64,000 bases of DNA from Bugula neritina (taxonomy: Eukaryota > Animalia > Bryozoa), in NCBI GenBank assembly GCA_964035545.1, contig OZ037768.1, positions 6,914,741-6,978,740 of the forward strand, read 5' to 3'. Below the pieces are notes generated by a model. It ran no database searches. It saw nothing but the letters and a program-made list of their open reading frames with translations, and had not been told where the DNA came from. Positions within the stretch are counted from its first letter, which is position 1; the number at the start of each line of letters is the position of its first letter. The translations under genes were made by a program, and so were the position numbers. Of this stretch, positions 14,001-27,100 are shown in pieces.

Positions 14001-16375
14001 TGTGCAGTACTGTAACTAAAGATAATTTAATCAAAAGGGTGTTGAAGAAATTCTATCTGCTGTTAGTTTTTATGTAAATTTTTATGATGAAGATGTTTCA
14101 GATGAACCCTTAGGCCTTGGGAGCAACCTCTAGTTTAACTTTATGCTTTCAAGTACTAACCACTTTGATTTTTTTTAGTTTTACAACGACTTGACTCAAA
14201 TACTGGTCAAGTTCCAGAATAAAATCAGTGACCTGTGCTTTGCTCGAAAGACTGAAAAGGAAGAACTCCTGAAAGACCTGAACCAGCAAATAGCCAGTCG
14301 ACCTGCAGAGTCAGCTCCATCTGCCCCCAACTACCAGAAACCAAAGTCAGCGGCACCAAGTAGACCCCCTCCACCAGCTGTCAGTGAGTGTTAGTTGTGT
14401 GCTGTATGTGTTATACTAGTACTGTATGTGTTATACTAGTGCTGTATGTGTTATACTAGTACTGTGTGTGTTATACTAGTACTGTGTGTGTTATACTAGT
14501 ACTGTGTGTGTTATACTACTACTGTGTGTGTTATACTAGTACTGTGTGTTATACTAGTGCTGTGTGTGTTATACTAATACTGTATGTGTTATACTAATAC
14601 TGTATGTGTTATACTAATACTGTATGTGTTGTACTAGTACTGTATGTGTAATACTAGTACTGTATGTGTTATACTAGTACTGTATGCGTTATACTAGTAC
14701 TGTATGTGTTAAACTACTACTGTGTTTGTTCTATGAAAGACAATATGAAGACCATTTACAATGACCAAGTTTAAACATTTCTAAACTGCACTCTTTGATC
14801 ACTGTGAATAGTTACTATATTGTGGACATGCATATAACATCAAATCAAATTGAAAGAATAGTCATGAAACATGGTTAGCAGGATATTTTGACATGCCTGA
14901 TTTTAAGGGTTTTTAAGCTCTGTCTTACTATGCTGGCCACATAGTTTGAGGTCTTTTACTAAAGGCACACGAGCAATTATGGGTGCTTTTCTTGATGTCA
15001 AGGATGGCTGGGACTCAAACCCACGATCATGTCATACTCAGCTGTAGCTGCTCCTGCTATATATGTAAAATAATATTTGTATCTCAAAGAGTTTTTATTT
15101 CTAGTGCTCTCTTATGTTGTTACTAATTGTTAGTAATCAGCTCAAAAATTAAACATCTAGGTCAAGTTAGGCAACCCATAATTAAAATGCATGGTCATTG
15201 CTACGAAATAATGTGTTTTCCTCTACAACTGGTTTTACTAATGTAGCTTTTAAAATCTAGCCATACGCAATTTATTAGAAGCAATGTACTCAACAAAGAT
15301 GAGCAATTAGCAATAAAGTAGCAAAAATTAGTAATATGAATTTCTTCTTAATTTACATTAGAGAATCAAACATGTTGTTTTTGCGAGCATTGTAGGTAAT
15401 GACTCAATATTCCTGTAACATTATATTATAGAATATTTTACCTTGATGTCATGTAAAACATTTTTGCTATTTTATTTCTATCTTGTTTTGCAAGTTATTT
15501 GTACAACAGCTAAAGCAGAGCTTTATTTTTTCATAGCTAAATTGTTGTGGTGAGTTTAACCTTTTTGTGCAAAATATTGACTGTTCTGTGAATCTTTTTC
15601 GCAGAAAGATTTCATTTAGCTACGAAGGGTCAAAATTTTATCATTTCAAGTATTTCTGTATGAGAAAAATTCCATAAAAGCTGGTCATACTCTCCAACAT
15701 AATTTTATGCAATCTGTTTCTCCAAAAGTCCAAATTTGTGTTGGTTTTGGTGAATTGAATAACTGTTCAGAAAAATAAAGTTTTACAGTCATATTTTTTC
15801 AGCAGAACAAGTTATTTCAAATGTGAAATAACTTGTTGAAATAAAAAGCTGAATTTCAAAAATGAGGAGCAAATTCACAGCCTCATTAGCTCTGTTTTTC
15901 AGCTGGTAAACATGAGCCAGCAGACTATATGTAACTTTGTTACTATGTTTCAGGTAAGCCTGCAGCTGCTCCCCCAGTTACTGCACCACCAGCCTCTGCC
16001 TCTGCACCACCTGCTGCCTCTCCTGCTACTCAATCACAGTCGGCAGCCGCTCAACCCCCTTCAACCTACCAGCAACCACCTGCTCCATATGGCCAGACAC
16101 CTCATCAGGGCATGCCGTACCCTGCTCAACCCTACATGTACTTTGCTCCACCTGTACCAACAGGCTTCAACCCTTATGGCTACGGCGGTGCCTTCTACCA
16201 AAATCCGCCAGCTCCATATCCTCAGCAGCAGCAACCAGGTCAGCAACCAGCTGCAGGCCAGCCTCCTTACCCACAGCAACCAGGCCAAGCCCCTTATCCT
16301 CACCAGTATCAGCAGCCACCACCACAAGGCTATCCGTATCCACCCCAAGGCTACCCTGGATATCCTCCTCAGTAA
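5042..16375 (+). CDS. PDCD6IP: ALIX / programmed cell death 6-interacting protein (5' exons lie outside the window)
   Basis: Approximate exons: 5042-5294, 5475-5628, 6119-6228, 6520-6720, 7000-7137, 7488-7610, 7794-7971, 8340-8530, 8767-8957, 9931-10079, 11032-11166, 14179-14383, 15954-16375. Bro1 motifs ([37 protein letters not shown]), V domain (NLEEGTKFYNDLT), and a Pro-rich tail with PSAP and PSRPPPP. Confidence 0.93.
8025..8180 (+). repeat. Dispersed repeat, second copy at about 17003-17140
   Basis: ttggaaacagttgca..aatgaaa.cacaa.cata.gctcatgcaaac is shared by both sites. Confidence 0.6.
10200..10515 (+). mobile_element. tRNA-derived SINE with tandemly duplicated 5' head
   Basis: A-box-like gtggtctaggggttagagcg and B-box gggttcaaactcc. 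The body gttaggaagaacatccagtcataattgctcctgtgcc recurs at about 62970 (+) and, decayed, at about 14960-15030 (-). Confidence 0.75.
10815..10958. mobile_element. Small MITE-like element
   Basis: 20-bp imperfect TIR ccgtaatggagaaattaaga / tcttaatttctccactactg. A similar terminus (cagtagtggagaaatt) occurs at about 54830. No clear TSD. Confidence 0.5.
11538..12032 (-). CDS. Diamine/thialysine N-acetyltransferase (SAT1/SAT2-like GNAT), intronless, nested antisense in an ALIX intron
   Basis: ATG at 12032 gives [14 protein letters not shown]...[26 protein letters not shown] and [17 protein letters not shown]. Confidence 0.88.
   Translation of the reverse strand: MEGFTIRKATKDDCSEILQMIKELAAFEEMPSDVVNISEETLIEDGFNSNPPFFHAAMADLDGVSVGYVVYYYCYSAFQGGQLLYLEDLYVKEAYRGKGYGKKLLKYLMEEAMRQECVCMQWCVLNWNIKAIDFYKSLGAYDLTLKDNIHMYRLYQDTMKKLVA
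12575..13346. mobile_element. Non-autonomous DNA transposon (MITE) with CAC...GTG ends
   Basis: TIR of about 45 bp (cacgggctttccatgtaccgatctcagatcgatct). ATG duplicated at 12572-12574 and 13347-13349. Many subterminal GATCGATC palindromes. Confidence 0.85.
14399..14725 (+). repeat. 20-bp minisatellite (actgtatgtgttatactagt), about 16 copies
   Basis: Direct tandem array starting just after an ALIX exon donor site. Confidence 0.95.
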
Positions 16376-17965
16376 CCACAACTACCAGCAATCTGGATAA
16401 GAGTCTTCTGCATTTGACTCCTGATATTTCAAGCACATCTGTGGACAATAAATTGTTGCTGATAACATTTTCAATTGAATAGCAATTAAATGGAGTATTT
16501 TTGCTATTTTCATGCTTAATTTATGCTATTAACTTGGCTAATATTTTTTACATTTCACCTACTGATTGAGCATAAAATAGGTTCCTTTTCAAGGGGCAGT
16601 TTAGAGTTTGTTAAATTGCAGGTTTTTCGATTGTCTTATAAGATAATACTTATCATGTAACGTTACATTAATTTTTGTAAGTTTTGTTCCAGATATTCTA
16701 TGATTGCTTGCTTTCATCTTTGGAAATATTTTACAATGGTCTCTAAAAATAGTCTTGTAAGTTATCATATGATTGCTTTCATCAACAGAGGATTTTGCTT
16801 TTTGTTAAACTGCTATGTTATTTTATTCTTCACTTTTCTAAGGAAACATTAACTTTGCAATTTGTTTGAGTAGATGAAAGTTGACAGTTTAGAATAAAAT
16901 ACTTATGAAAATACAACTGACCTTTTTGCTTATAATTAATTTTTTAGCTCTGTAGGAGTTCTATCACTACATTTCCAAACATCAAATGAAAAATCACTTC
17001 GGTGTTTGGAAACAGTTGCATGAAATGAAACCACAACCATAGGCTCATGCAAACTGCAACCACAAATCTATCTGTACTAGCATCCATTGCATAATTTAAT
17101 GGAATGGAAACAAATTGCAGTGTGTAATTTTATGTCTCGTTGATAAGTATGTTAAAATAAGCATGTGGGCATTTGAGTATCATTCATGCACCTCCTAAAG
17201 GTTACTGCCTGCATTCAGGTTATGTGAATAAGATCATCCAACATAGAACTAACCATTTATAACACCCAACCTAGTATAAACATTATCAAGACCAGCTGCT
17301 CGCAAATCCCTGAAAAACGTTGAAATCAGTGACTTATTTTCCATTAAATATAATATTATATAACATTTGATTGGATTTAATAAAATGTGTAGTATTCTTC
17401 AGTTGCTTGTGATTTTTGAATATTTTAATTTTTGACCAACTTGATGTATTTTTAAATAGTTTTGCAACAAGAATATGGTCTTGTGGTGCACCAATGAATA
17501 TTTTGCAAAAGTTTAAAGAAAGTCTTAGTGATTTAAAGTAAAATAAAATTACATTGCATTAGAAGAATATATTAGTTTCTTTTCTGAGTTGAAATAAGCT
17601 TCTTGTCCGTCTAAAAAAGTTTTCTGATGATTTTAAAAAACCTTTCATGTTGTTAAAACACGTTTGGGTGGCAAAACTACTTTCTTAGGAAAATGTCAGC
17701 ATCTTGCTTAATAGGGAATGTTTTTATTGAATTGAAACTTTTGCACCATCATATTCCTTATCATATTTAGCACGAGTAAAGTCTGGTCCTATTTTTTAAT
17801 AGCTATATAAATACATTTAAAAAGCAACAAATTGACTCCAATGAATGACAAGTAGGCATTGCCAAGGCATCTTTATTTCTTTCACAAAATTAGAATACCA
17901 CAAACACATGGTTGTACAAAATAACATTTTATTGTAAACACATATTTTTTCCACAAAAAGGTTTC

Positions 17966-18457
17966 TCATTCAGATAATGCAACACGAAAATTATGTACTT
18001 TTTCGGTTATTGTCAAATCTCGAGCTCCAAAAGTCTGATAGAACTTGATAGCATTATGATTCCAGTTGAGTACCATCCATTCTATGCCCACAGCTTTCTG
18101 TTGTCTGGCTTCCTCAATAAGTGCTTCAAAAAGCAATTTTCCAACTCCTTTCCGCCTGTATAATTCTTTTACAAAAAGGTCAGCTATATGTAATTCTAAA
18201 CCACCTTCATATGTAGAGTATTGGTATGAATAGAGAGAGTAACCAATAGCAACTCCTCTGGATTCAGCTACAATGCAATGAAACAATGGAGGGCTGCAGT
18301 CGAAACCATCTCTCTGCAGTGTTTCCTTAGATAACTTTGCTTGCTCTGGTGGTATATTCTCTATTGCTTGCAGTTGTAGAAACATTTCCCATATATCCTT
18401 ACAATCAGCTCTAACAGCTTTTCTCACAGTACATTCATCCGCCATAGTCTTTATCAT
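17966..18457 (-). CDS. Second SAT-like GNAT acetyltransferase, intronless paralog
   Basis: ORF contains VRKAVRADC, RDGF, LHIADLFVKELYRRKGVG and VLNWNHNAIKFYQTFGA. The start may be the second Met (MADEC). Confidence 0.85.
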   Translation of the reverse strand: MIKTMADECTVRKAVRADCKDIWEMFLQLQAIENIPPEQAKLSKETLQRDGFDCSPPLFHCIVAESRGVAIGYSLYSYQYSTYEGGLELHIADLFVKELYRRKGVGKLLFEALIEEARQQKAVGIEWMVLNWNHNAIKFYQTFGARDLTITEKVHNFRVALSE

Positions 18458-19967
18458 TATTGGTTACCGTTGGTAAGTGAGCCAGTTAGCTTATCCGAGT
18501 CTAATTTGTCACCACGTTCAGTGAACTAGTACCTCTTTATTTTGCTCAGGTATGTGTTGTTATTAATCAAATTGGAATGGTGTATTATTATAGTCTCTAC
18601 TGCCAGTGCATTTATCTGTACAATAAATATGTGCCCAACAAGTTTACATACACACATGAATCGGAGTTGATTGCTAAAGGCTGCTAGGATCCCAATCAAC
18701 TACTGAAGTCTTGTCTGAGTTTGTGCTGTATTTAGCATTCATTTGTTTTGATCAAATTCGATTTATAATAGCTGTATTCAAATTATTTGCGACCTTTAGC
18801 CCTGACTGTAGCGAACATATGCAAGTCTAGTAACTAACATCTACTAACTACACGACTGTTCAAATCTAATCAATTAGAAGTTGTCTAATCATTAGTCACT
18901 AAACCAACACTATTTGAACACTGTTTACATATTACATTGTTTTGGAATATTGCCGATATAGTTTGCTTATAAAACTTTAGCAGTAGTAAGTGGCTCCATC
19001 CTTACCTGAGTGAGATATAGCCAAAATTGCAGGACATCTCGTAACTTGGCCAATTGAAATTTATGATAAAGAGTTGCACCAATTTCATTTCTAGCTGAGC
19101 TGTTACGTTTTTACAAATATTCTAGAGCAATAGTGTGCCATCTTCATTGAAGAAAGCAACGTTTTTATTTGAAGGGTAGATAACTTCTGTATGTCACTTG
19201 AAGCACCTTTGCTACACACATTGCAGAGATGACTAAATCTGAGCATTACTAACCATGTTATTGCAGCACATAATACAATGTAGTGTATTTTATGGTCACA
19301 TTAATTGAACAATATGTTGATGCTATTCATTGTTTTAGTAGGGCCCACAATAGTAACCCCACGAGACCAGGCAATCAACAGTTCAATGTGATCCAGTGAG
19401 AGAAAACAAATGCCAATATTGGCCATTTGGTTTTGTTATTCTTGTTTTTTGAAAGCTATTAACGTCGAAGTTGATCTAATGGCTAATACATGCAGCAGTT
19501 CAAATAGGACAGCTCATTTTCCCCCACTACCTTTATTTTACCATCACAGTTTTATATCCCACATACAACACATACTTCAATAGCAAAAATCCAAAAACTT
19601 CGAAATGCATAATAATATTTTTGTTATAACTTTTTAAAGCCTTTACTGAATAATACAACATAGATCGATATGAGTATTATAGCATGACTTTAAAGGAAGC
19701 ATATTAAGAAAATTAACAGTGCTTACTAAAATGTAGTACACGAAAAGTTAACAGAGTTGACATTGTGAAGAGATAGTTTTGTATACTTCTCATAATGGCA
19801 GTCATAGTTTACATCAACTCAGTTCTAAAAAATCTCCAACAAAGATTACTACTAGTGTCTATGAATTGATATCAACTACAGAGTTTTTAAAACTGTAGAT
19901 ATATCTACAAGTCAAACGTAACAAAAACAACAGCTAAAATATCAACATAGAAATACATCATATCATG

Positions 19968-21949
19968 TTAAGCACCAGAAGTACTGACCACTGTTGAATT
20001 AGTAGAACTTTTATCTTGCTGTAACTGAGCATTTAGCACCTACAAGTAAAGAAAGAATACACAGTTAAGGAGATCAGTTGGCCTGAATATTAAATACAAA
20101 GAAACTCAATAAAACCAAATATAACACCATCAATGTAAAGTAATGCACAACCCAACAACACAAAGTAATTGCATGTCTCCAATTATTCCAATATTTAGCA
20201 ACTTAATTGTTACTAGACAGCAAATGCAATCCTATTTCTATCTCTATATATTTCAACTTACTAAAATCATATACATACCAGTTATTGTGACTGTGCAAGC
20301 TAAAACAGGGTTGGAAAGTTAAATTTGGGAACTTTGCTACAACTTACATGGATTTGGTTGAATATCCAACCAAATTCTTTTTATGACATTTTGGACATGC
20401 ATGCCTTCAATTGATTCAAGAGCTTGGGCAACCTGATTATGATACTTAATACTAGTGCTATCACAATGATTGAGACACTGTTATGCCACGTTAGATGTAG
20501 TCTGTATAATCCAGCCTTCATTTTAATATCCTACCTACTAAGATGGCTCCTGTCAAAGTATTTAAAATATACTGCCTTTCGGCATTACCTGAAGTTGATC
20601 AATTTTCTCCAGTAAATGATCATTGCTTTTACCACGCCGTTTTGAGTCTTTAAGTCGCCTTTCCAAATTGTCAACCTATATAAATGACAAAACACATTTA
20701 TTAAATAACTTCAAATATTTAGTATAGTTTTGCATAAACATTTGACTGCAACTCTAGTGTATAATGTATTTTGACATCACATTTTATATTTTTCATTCTA
20801 TTTAAAATCAAAAGATGGGATAACTTCAGCTTTATTTATTCCGTCAAAAACCTTAAAATTTAAACAATTACATCAATTTTTATCAAACTAAAATTGAGCA
20901 AAACTCACCCTTTTCTCTAATTTTAAACACTCTTCAATTAATTCTGCTTTGGACATAGATTGCAAATTTTCCACATGAATATCAGCATATGTGTGACTAA
21001 AGTCATCCATGATGTAATTCTGTATATCTTCGCCCTGATTGTTGACTCCATTGGGTTTTGAATTAGGAACTGATGAACTAGGATTATGGCAATCGCGAGT
21101 ACAACTGTTTTGTTTTGCCAATGACTGGACTGTGCTTAAAGTTGCATTTTGCTCCGTATTCAGATTACCTGCATTAACTTCATTCTGACAATCATTACTT
21201 TTATGAGAATCTTGGTTGACAGTCACAACTACAGGAATACCATTTAGTTTACTGCAAATGTCCGGTTTAGTATCAGAAGTATCTTGATCTACATCTTTTG
21301 CATTGGCAGGTTCAACCACACAGCTCATATTATCATTAAGATCGTTCTCATTTTTGCTCTGAGTCTGAGGTAATTCTAATGATTTGGTTTCATTCGTTTT
21401 TCCGAGTTCGTCACGCTGATACTCACATTTCTCAGTATGAGGTTGAACCTCGCTAGTTTCTGAATTAAAGTTTGTACAGGACGCGCAATTGCATTCATCA
21501 TCAATACATTGAGATTGATAATTTATGCTAAGATCATTGTCATCATTAGCATTTTGAGTATGAGTATACCTACCCTCATCGGGCTGGGCTAGAGTTGACT
21601 GCGAACTTGAGCTTATAAGAGATTTACGATCATCCATCAAAAACTGGGTGGTGTTATATGGCGCAATAGGATGGCCTTCTGCTGATAAGCGTTCTCGTTT
21701 AGCAAAGGCTTTTTTACTTTCTCGATCATCTTTGACCCTCTTTTCATCCCAAGTCAGCTCGTTGTATGGTTTCCATTTGCGCTTTCGCTTTTGGTTACGC
21801 CTCTGCTTCCGGTTTACAGCACTTTCTCTTTTACAGGGTATCTCCTCGGCATTAGCCTCACTCGAATCACCACTTTTGGGACTTTGATTTTCGTCACCTT
21901 GAGTAGATTCACGTAGTCTAGAATTACAGTTTGATTTAATTTCATCCAT
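19968..21949 (-). CDS. HEXIM: HEXIM (P-TEFb/7SK inhibitor)
   Basis: Exons 21949-20909, 20675-20589 and 20039-19968. Basic region (RKQRRNQKRKRKWKPY), APYNTTQFLMDD motif, and coiled coil DFSHTY...LQSMSKAELIEECLKLEKR. Confidence 0.9.
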
Positions 21950-22811
21950 TCTCTGATTTAGAATTTTTAATAAACTCTCCAACACAAAAATAGCTCATAC
22001 TTTATATACGTGCTCACACAATAAAGCTTGAGCTCAAAATGATAATAGGCAGTGTTGCGAAGTTAATACATATTTGTGGATACCTACTTGCACTGTGAAC
22101 CTTCGCATAACAAATCTACGCGTTCTGTTAACGTTTAAAAAACAAATTATTATTCTCTATATTTTAATATGTTGATAACGCTTTAAAACTACAAAAAGTT
22201 GTTCTTTCAAATAAAGTCAAATCAATGCAAACACTTTTTTAAGAGTTTTAATGCGCATTAACAGATTTATTGTGCTTGTTAGAGACACCTAGCGGCAATT
22301 CTAACCTATTGCTTGATAAGATACATATTTGCTTAGACTGTTTATGCTGAGTAAGTAGGTTAGAGATGTCAAAATTAAAGAAAATATGTTTTCTAGGCTA
22401 AAATCTAATATTTTAATGCAAAATTTTATTAGATTTGTGCTTCTAAAGTTGCAAACACGCATGTTATTATTTTATTCAAGGGGAGGCAACTAACACTATT
22501 ATTGAAAAAAGTGCGGGTACAATACAGTCGTTATCTGGTAACAAAAACAAATGTTTGAAAACGGTATATCATGCGGTTATATTACAGTCTAGCATAATGT
22601 TTTCTTGTCGATAACAATTACACGTGTTTCTGTAACTTATTTTAGCTCCGTAACCAACGCGCATCACTACCATGCACTTACCACATTCCATGGTTATAAA
22701 AAATGAATAATAGAATATAATTAATATTGCTAATACTATTTAGGTTGTAGTCCGAAACCACCGTTCTGAAACACAATTTATTAACTAGCATTATGATTGC
22801 CAGCAGCAAAA

Positions 22812-23306
22812 TAGTTATACTAATACTTATTATTCTAGTTATTATTTTGCTTATGAATTAAAATTTAAAATCAATAACATTAACTGATAAGTGAATAAAA
22901 TTTACATTAATATAAAATATTGTATTATAATTAATATAATTAATTTTGAGTAGTCATAGTGACGATAATAATCTCAATACTCAATTACAATAGTTATCAT
23001 AAGCATATGGAAAAGTTATAAAGGATAATCATAATGAAAAGTATTAGTAATACTAATACTAATAGTATTAGTATTACTAATACTTTTCATTATGATTATC
23101 CTTTATAACTTTTCTATATGCTTATGATAACTATTGTAATTGAGTATTGAGATTATTATCGTCACTATGACTACTCAAAATTAATTATATTAATTATAAT
23201 ACAATATTTTATATTAATGTAAATTTTATTCACTTATCAGTTATTGGTTTTAAATTTTAATTCATAAGCAAAATATTAACTAGAATAATAAGTATTAGTA
23301 TAACTA
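22812..23306. repeat. Near-perfect AT-rich palindrome of about 495 bp
   Basis: Arms of about 245 bp around a 3-nt spacer (aat, 23061-23063), e.g. gagtagtcatagtgacgataata / tattatcgtcactatgactactc. Confidence 0.92.
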
Positions 23307-24112
23307 GTATTACTAATAGTATTACTGTAATAGTAATAGTAATACTAAAACTAAAAGTAAATCTAATAGTAATACTAATTTAGTAAAAGTAATACTTATA
23401 GTTATACTAATAGTAATAGACTAATAGTAATACTAGTACTTCTATTTAGCTTGATAAGGTTATTCTTAATTTCTTGGGCGTATGTTTATTGTAATGTATA
23501 TCACTGTGAAGTATGAGTAGAATGAAAGTCGGTAATGTTGTTTATTGTAAAGATGGAATTCTTGCTTAGCTAGAGTCTATAATTTGTGGCTTGGCTATGG
23601 GACCAGTTTGCTTCATTTCACAGGAATGTAGCTTCTCACTTTACACATAATCGTTGGAACTGCTGGCTTTTGAAAACTGGCAATTTTTCACCTGTCCCAA
23701 CTCCCAGGTAGAAATTGCCTGAAGTAAAGCTCTGTAAAACTTGCTTCGACCTTATGCCTTATTTATGTTACAGATAAAAGTGGACATTTTTAGAGTGGTG
23801 AATGTGCCATTTATTTTTAGCCCTGAAAATTTCACAAGGCTTTGCAAAAACTTTAGCGATAAATAAATTCATGCTTGTTCAACATTTTCTTATGTGCAAG
23901 TTTTGTTTAAATTTTGACCACTTTTTTGATATACAAGTTTTTATTTTCTGCAGTTCTCTGGTTTGTGCTACTAGTTTCCTGCTAAATTGGTTTGTGTAAG
24001 AAACACTATAGGTATATTCTTACAAAGTAAAGGCGTATTTCTACTGTATCATAGACCAGGAATAAAATGCTCATGTTTTTGCAGAAGTGTTGGCAATTAG
24101 TTGCTGTTGAAA

Positions 24113-27100
24113 ATGGGAAAATGTGAAAATATTCTCTGCAGTGCAATATTGTGTACATTCTTGTTTAACCCTGGACTATCAGCAAACTCTATCAAATCAT
24201 TTGGTGATTTACCAAAATATACGAAAGATTCTCTTGTTGAAGCTGTAACAGAGAAGGATGTATTTGTGATGTATTATGCACCTTGGTAAGTAATTCTTTA
24301 AATAAAATTTTTTAAAAGCTACCATGTTTTATTAGTGTAGTTCAGCTAGCTTTTTATGATTTGACGACTCTAATTTTAGGTGTGGCCATTGCAAAGCTTT
24401 TCAAGAGACTTGGTTCCAGATATTTCAGATTTACCAAAATCAAGGCATATTCATTGCAACGGTTGGTAGTCCCATATAGCCTTTATTGTGTCATTTATTG
24501 TTTTACTAAACATTTTCATTTTTGGTCATTGAGCACAAAGTGTTTCTTGATTCCTTATGTACAGACACACACTGTACTGGACTGGTCCATTTAATATGAA
24601 ATACAGAAAATAATGAAGTAAATTTAAGCAGTACTCTACAAGAACTGAAAGTAGATAGGAAATTTATGGGTAGCTGAGTGTCCAGTTGTGCTTCTAGCCT
24701 GACTAAGTTTTCTTAAATATATTCAGATAAATACTCTATAAAGACTAATTGTCTAAATAATGAACTCATAGTGATATGAAACATTTGAGCTTTTGTCAAA
24801 TAATTTACTGCAATGGATCTTATCCTGTGAGCCACTGTAACCAACATGATTCAATTTAATTATCAGAAACTATTGAATTAATGAACTCTGCTTCTATATC
24901 CTTCATATCCAATCTGTAATAAAGCAGTACACCAAAGACAAACTCATAAGAATGTTGGTTTTTGGCTGTTACATTAATGCCAAACTATGCTATAGGAGTG
25001 TTCTTCCATGAAATGAATATTTATAACATTTAATATCAATTTATGTTCTTCATAAAACTGTTGGGAAAACAAAACCTAGAATTATTTTGTGGTTTTATTT
25101 ATTTATTGACACATTGTATTGGTAGCCATAATTGAAACCGTATTAAATTAGCTCACTGCAGCATTGTTCCATAACCTACAAATAGCCACATAAATAGCTT
25201 AAAGTTTGTTTTTTTTTCAAGATTTATTTTGAGTTTTTGTACAAAATTTTTTTGAAGTACTAAGGAATGTACTACTGCTTACATATTAATTTTTAGAAGG
25301 AATTTCTTATAAAATGGTGTAACTTGTATGTCACAGCTAATTTCTGCAAATGTTTGAGCCTACTGAAAGATGTAATAACATGAGGGCACAACTCTTGAAT
25401 ATAGAAGTACAATACATTGGGAAAGGGTCTGATAACTTTATGCATGTGGCAAACAAAATTGCATTCTCATGGCCATTAATGCTGTGCAAGGATGTTTATG
25501 TTTGTATAAACGACCTATAATGGAAAATTATTTTGTTAGTTAATTTGAGCTCATTTAGAAGCTTTAGCACTGGAATTAAAAACTGCTCCTTGAATTTAGA
25601 GGTGTTGATGTTTGTATTGTTCACTTTGTTGATTTACTGGTTGTTAAGTTTATTTACAACTTTACTGTACTTTTTGAATTCAAGTCTGTCAATAGTAAAC
25701 CATTTACATAGGTTATTGGCTCAATAATTATCAAAAGAAGATATTAATAATTCAATGAAATCACAATAAATTCAAAATCATCTGATATTTTTGGATTTAT
25801 TGCTTAGCTTTTATGACTGTAGGTTGACTGTACTGTGGAGACAGATTTGTGCTCTTCAGAAAACATAAGAGGCTATCCAACGTGAGCAATCCCTACTTGA
25901 AGTCAGAATTCTACATTCTATTTGCTTTTCAATCACTTAAAACTGCTGAATTTAATGAACTACATACTATTCGTGGATTACAATGGCAATAATATGTTAT
26001 TTATAATAGGCTGCTGTTATACCCTCAAGCTACTACATACAAAGGGATCAGATTTACTGGAGCCCGTACACTCCCTGCGTTGCATAATTTTATACACAAC
26101 AATATTGACAACCTTAACCACGGTTTTGAGGTATTAATTTTGCTAAATTTATATTATTTTCTGCTTTTCACAGGTTTTTCAAAGTTTTGTCTAAGCAGAC
26201 TTGTTGACATAAAAATCTCTTCAAGGCAAATCACATTTCATGTTGGTATTTTTACTAAGTCTATTGTTGTATTTGTGATGGTTGCAGGGAGAAACATCTC
26301 AGGCCAAGATGGAAAACAATGTCTTTGTGTTGACAGAAGAACATTTTCAAGAAGTTATCGATGAAGGAGATATATTTGTCTTGTTTTATGCTCCATGGTG
26401 TGAACATTGCAAAGCCTTGAAGCCGATTTGGGAAAGTTTAGGAACACTGCATAACACTCGGTCATCTTCCACCACTTCCATTGCTAAGGTATTGTTGGTG
26501 TTTACTTTGCTTGAGGGATTTATGCTGTGGGTCACATGCAACTGACCCAACTCTTACTTCTATTAGTGAACTTGAAACTTCAAAAGGTTTACTTAATAAT
26601 TATTGATATGAGATATTTCCATATTAGTTCAATCAAATAGGTAATATAATAGTTGTTGATATGAGGTGCTACCTCATTTATTTTCTATTCGGGTCGTGGT
26701 TTGCAGTGTTTTTAGCTCTCGGTTTTAGAGGTTTGTTAGACTATTTTTAAAACTAGTCCACACTAACCTTGGGACTGTAAAACTAATTCTTGCACCTGAT
26801 TTATTCTGTTTCAGGTCGATTGTGCCATGTACCAGACTGTGTGCTCTGATAACGAAATCACTGAATATCCTACAATGTTATATTTTAAGAAGGGGAAGCT
26901 ATTTAGGAAATATCAAGGCTCTCGGCAATTGGATGATTTTAATTCATTTCTAGAAGGAATATTGCTTCAAGATAATATGGACAGTGTAGTCGACATTGGG
27001 ATGGCTACAAAAATGACAAAAGAAAGGCTGGTAAATTGGGTTTTATTTAGGTGTACAATATTGGAAAAATTTCAATAGCCTAAGGTCTTTAAAAACTTTG

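Noticed and set aside
15951-15960. CAG|GTAAGC acceptor that looks like a recursive splice site
   Set aside because: The frame fits a normal terminal exon, exons starting with GT also occur in Rheb and RPL30, and no downstream exon was found.
15912-16448. Overlapping alternative ORFs (162, 106 and 93 aa)
   Set aside because: Shadow frames of the Pro/Gln-rich last ALIX exon.
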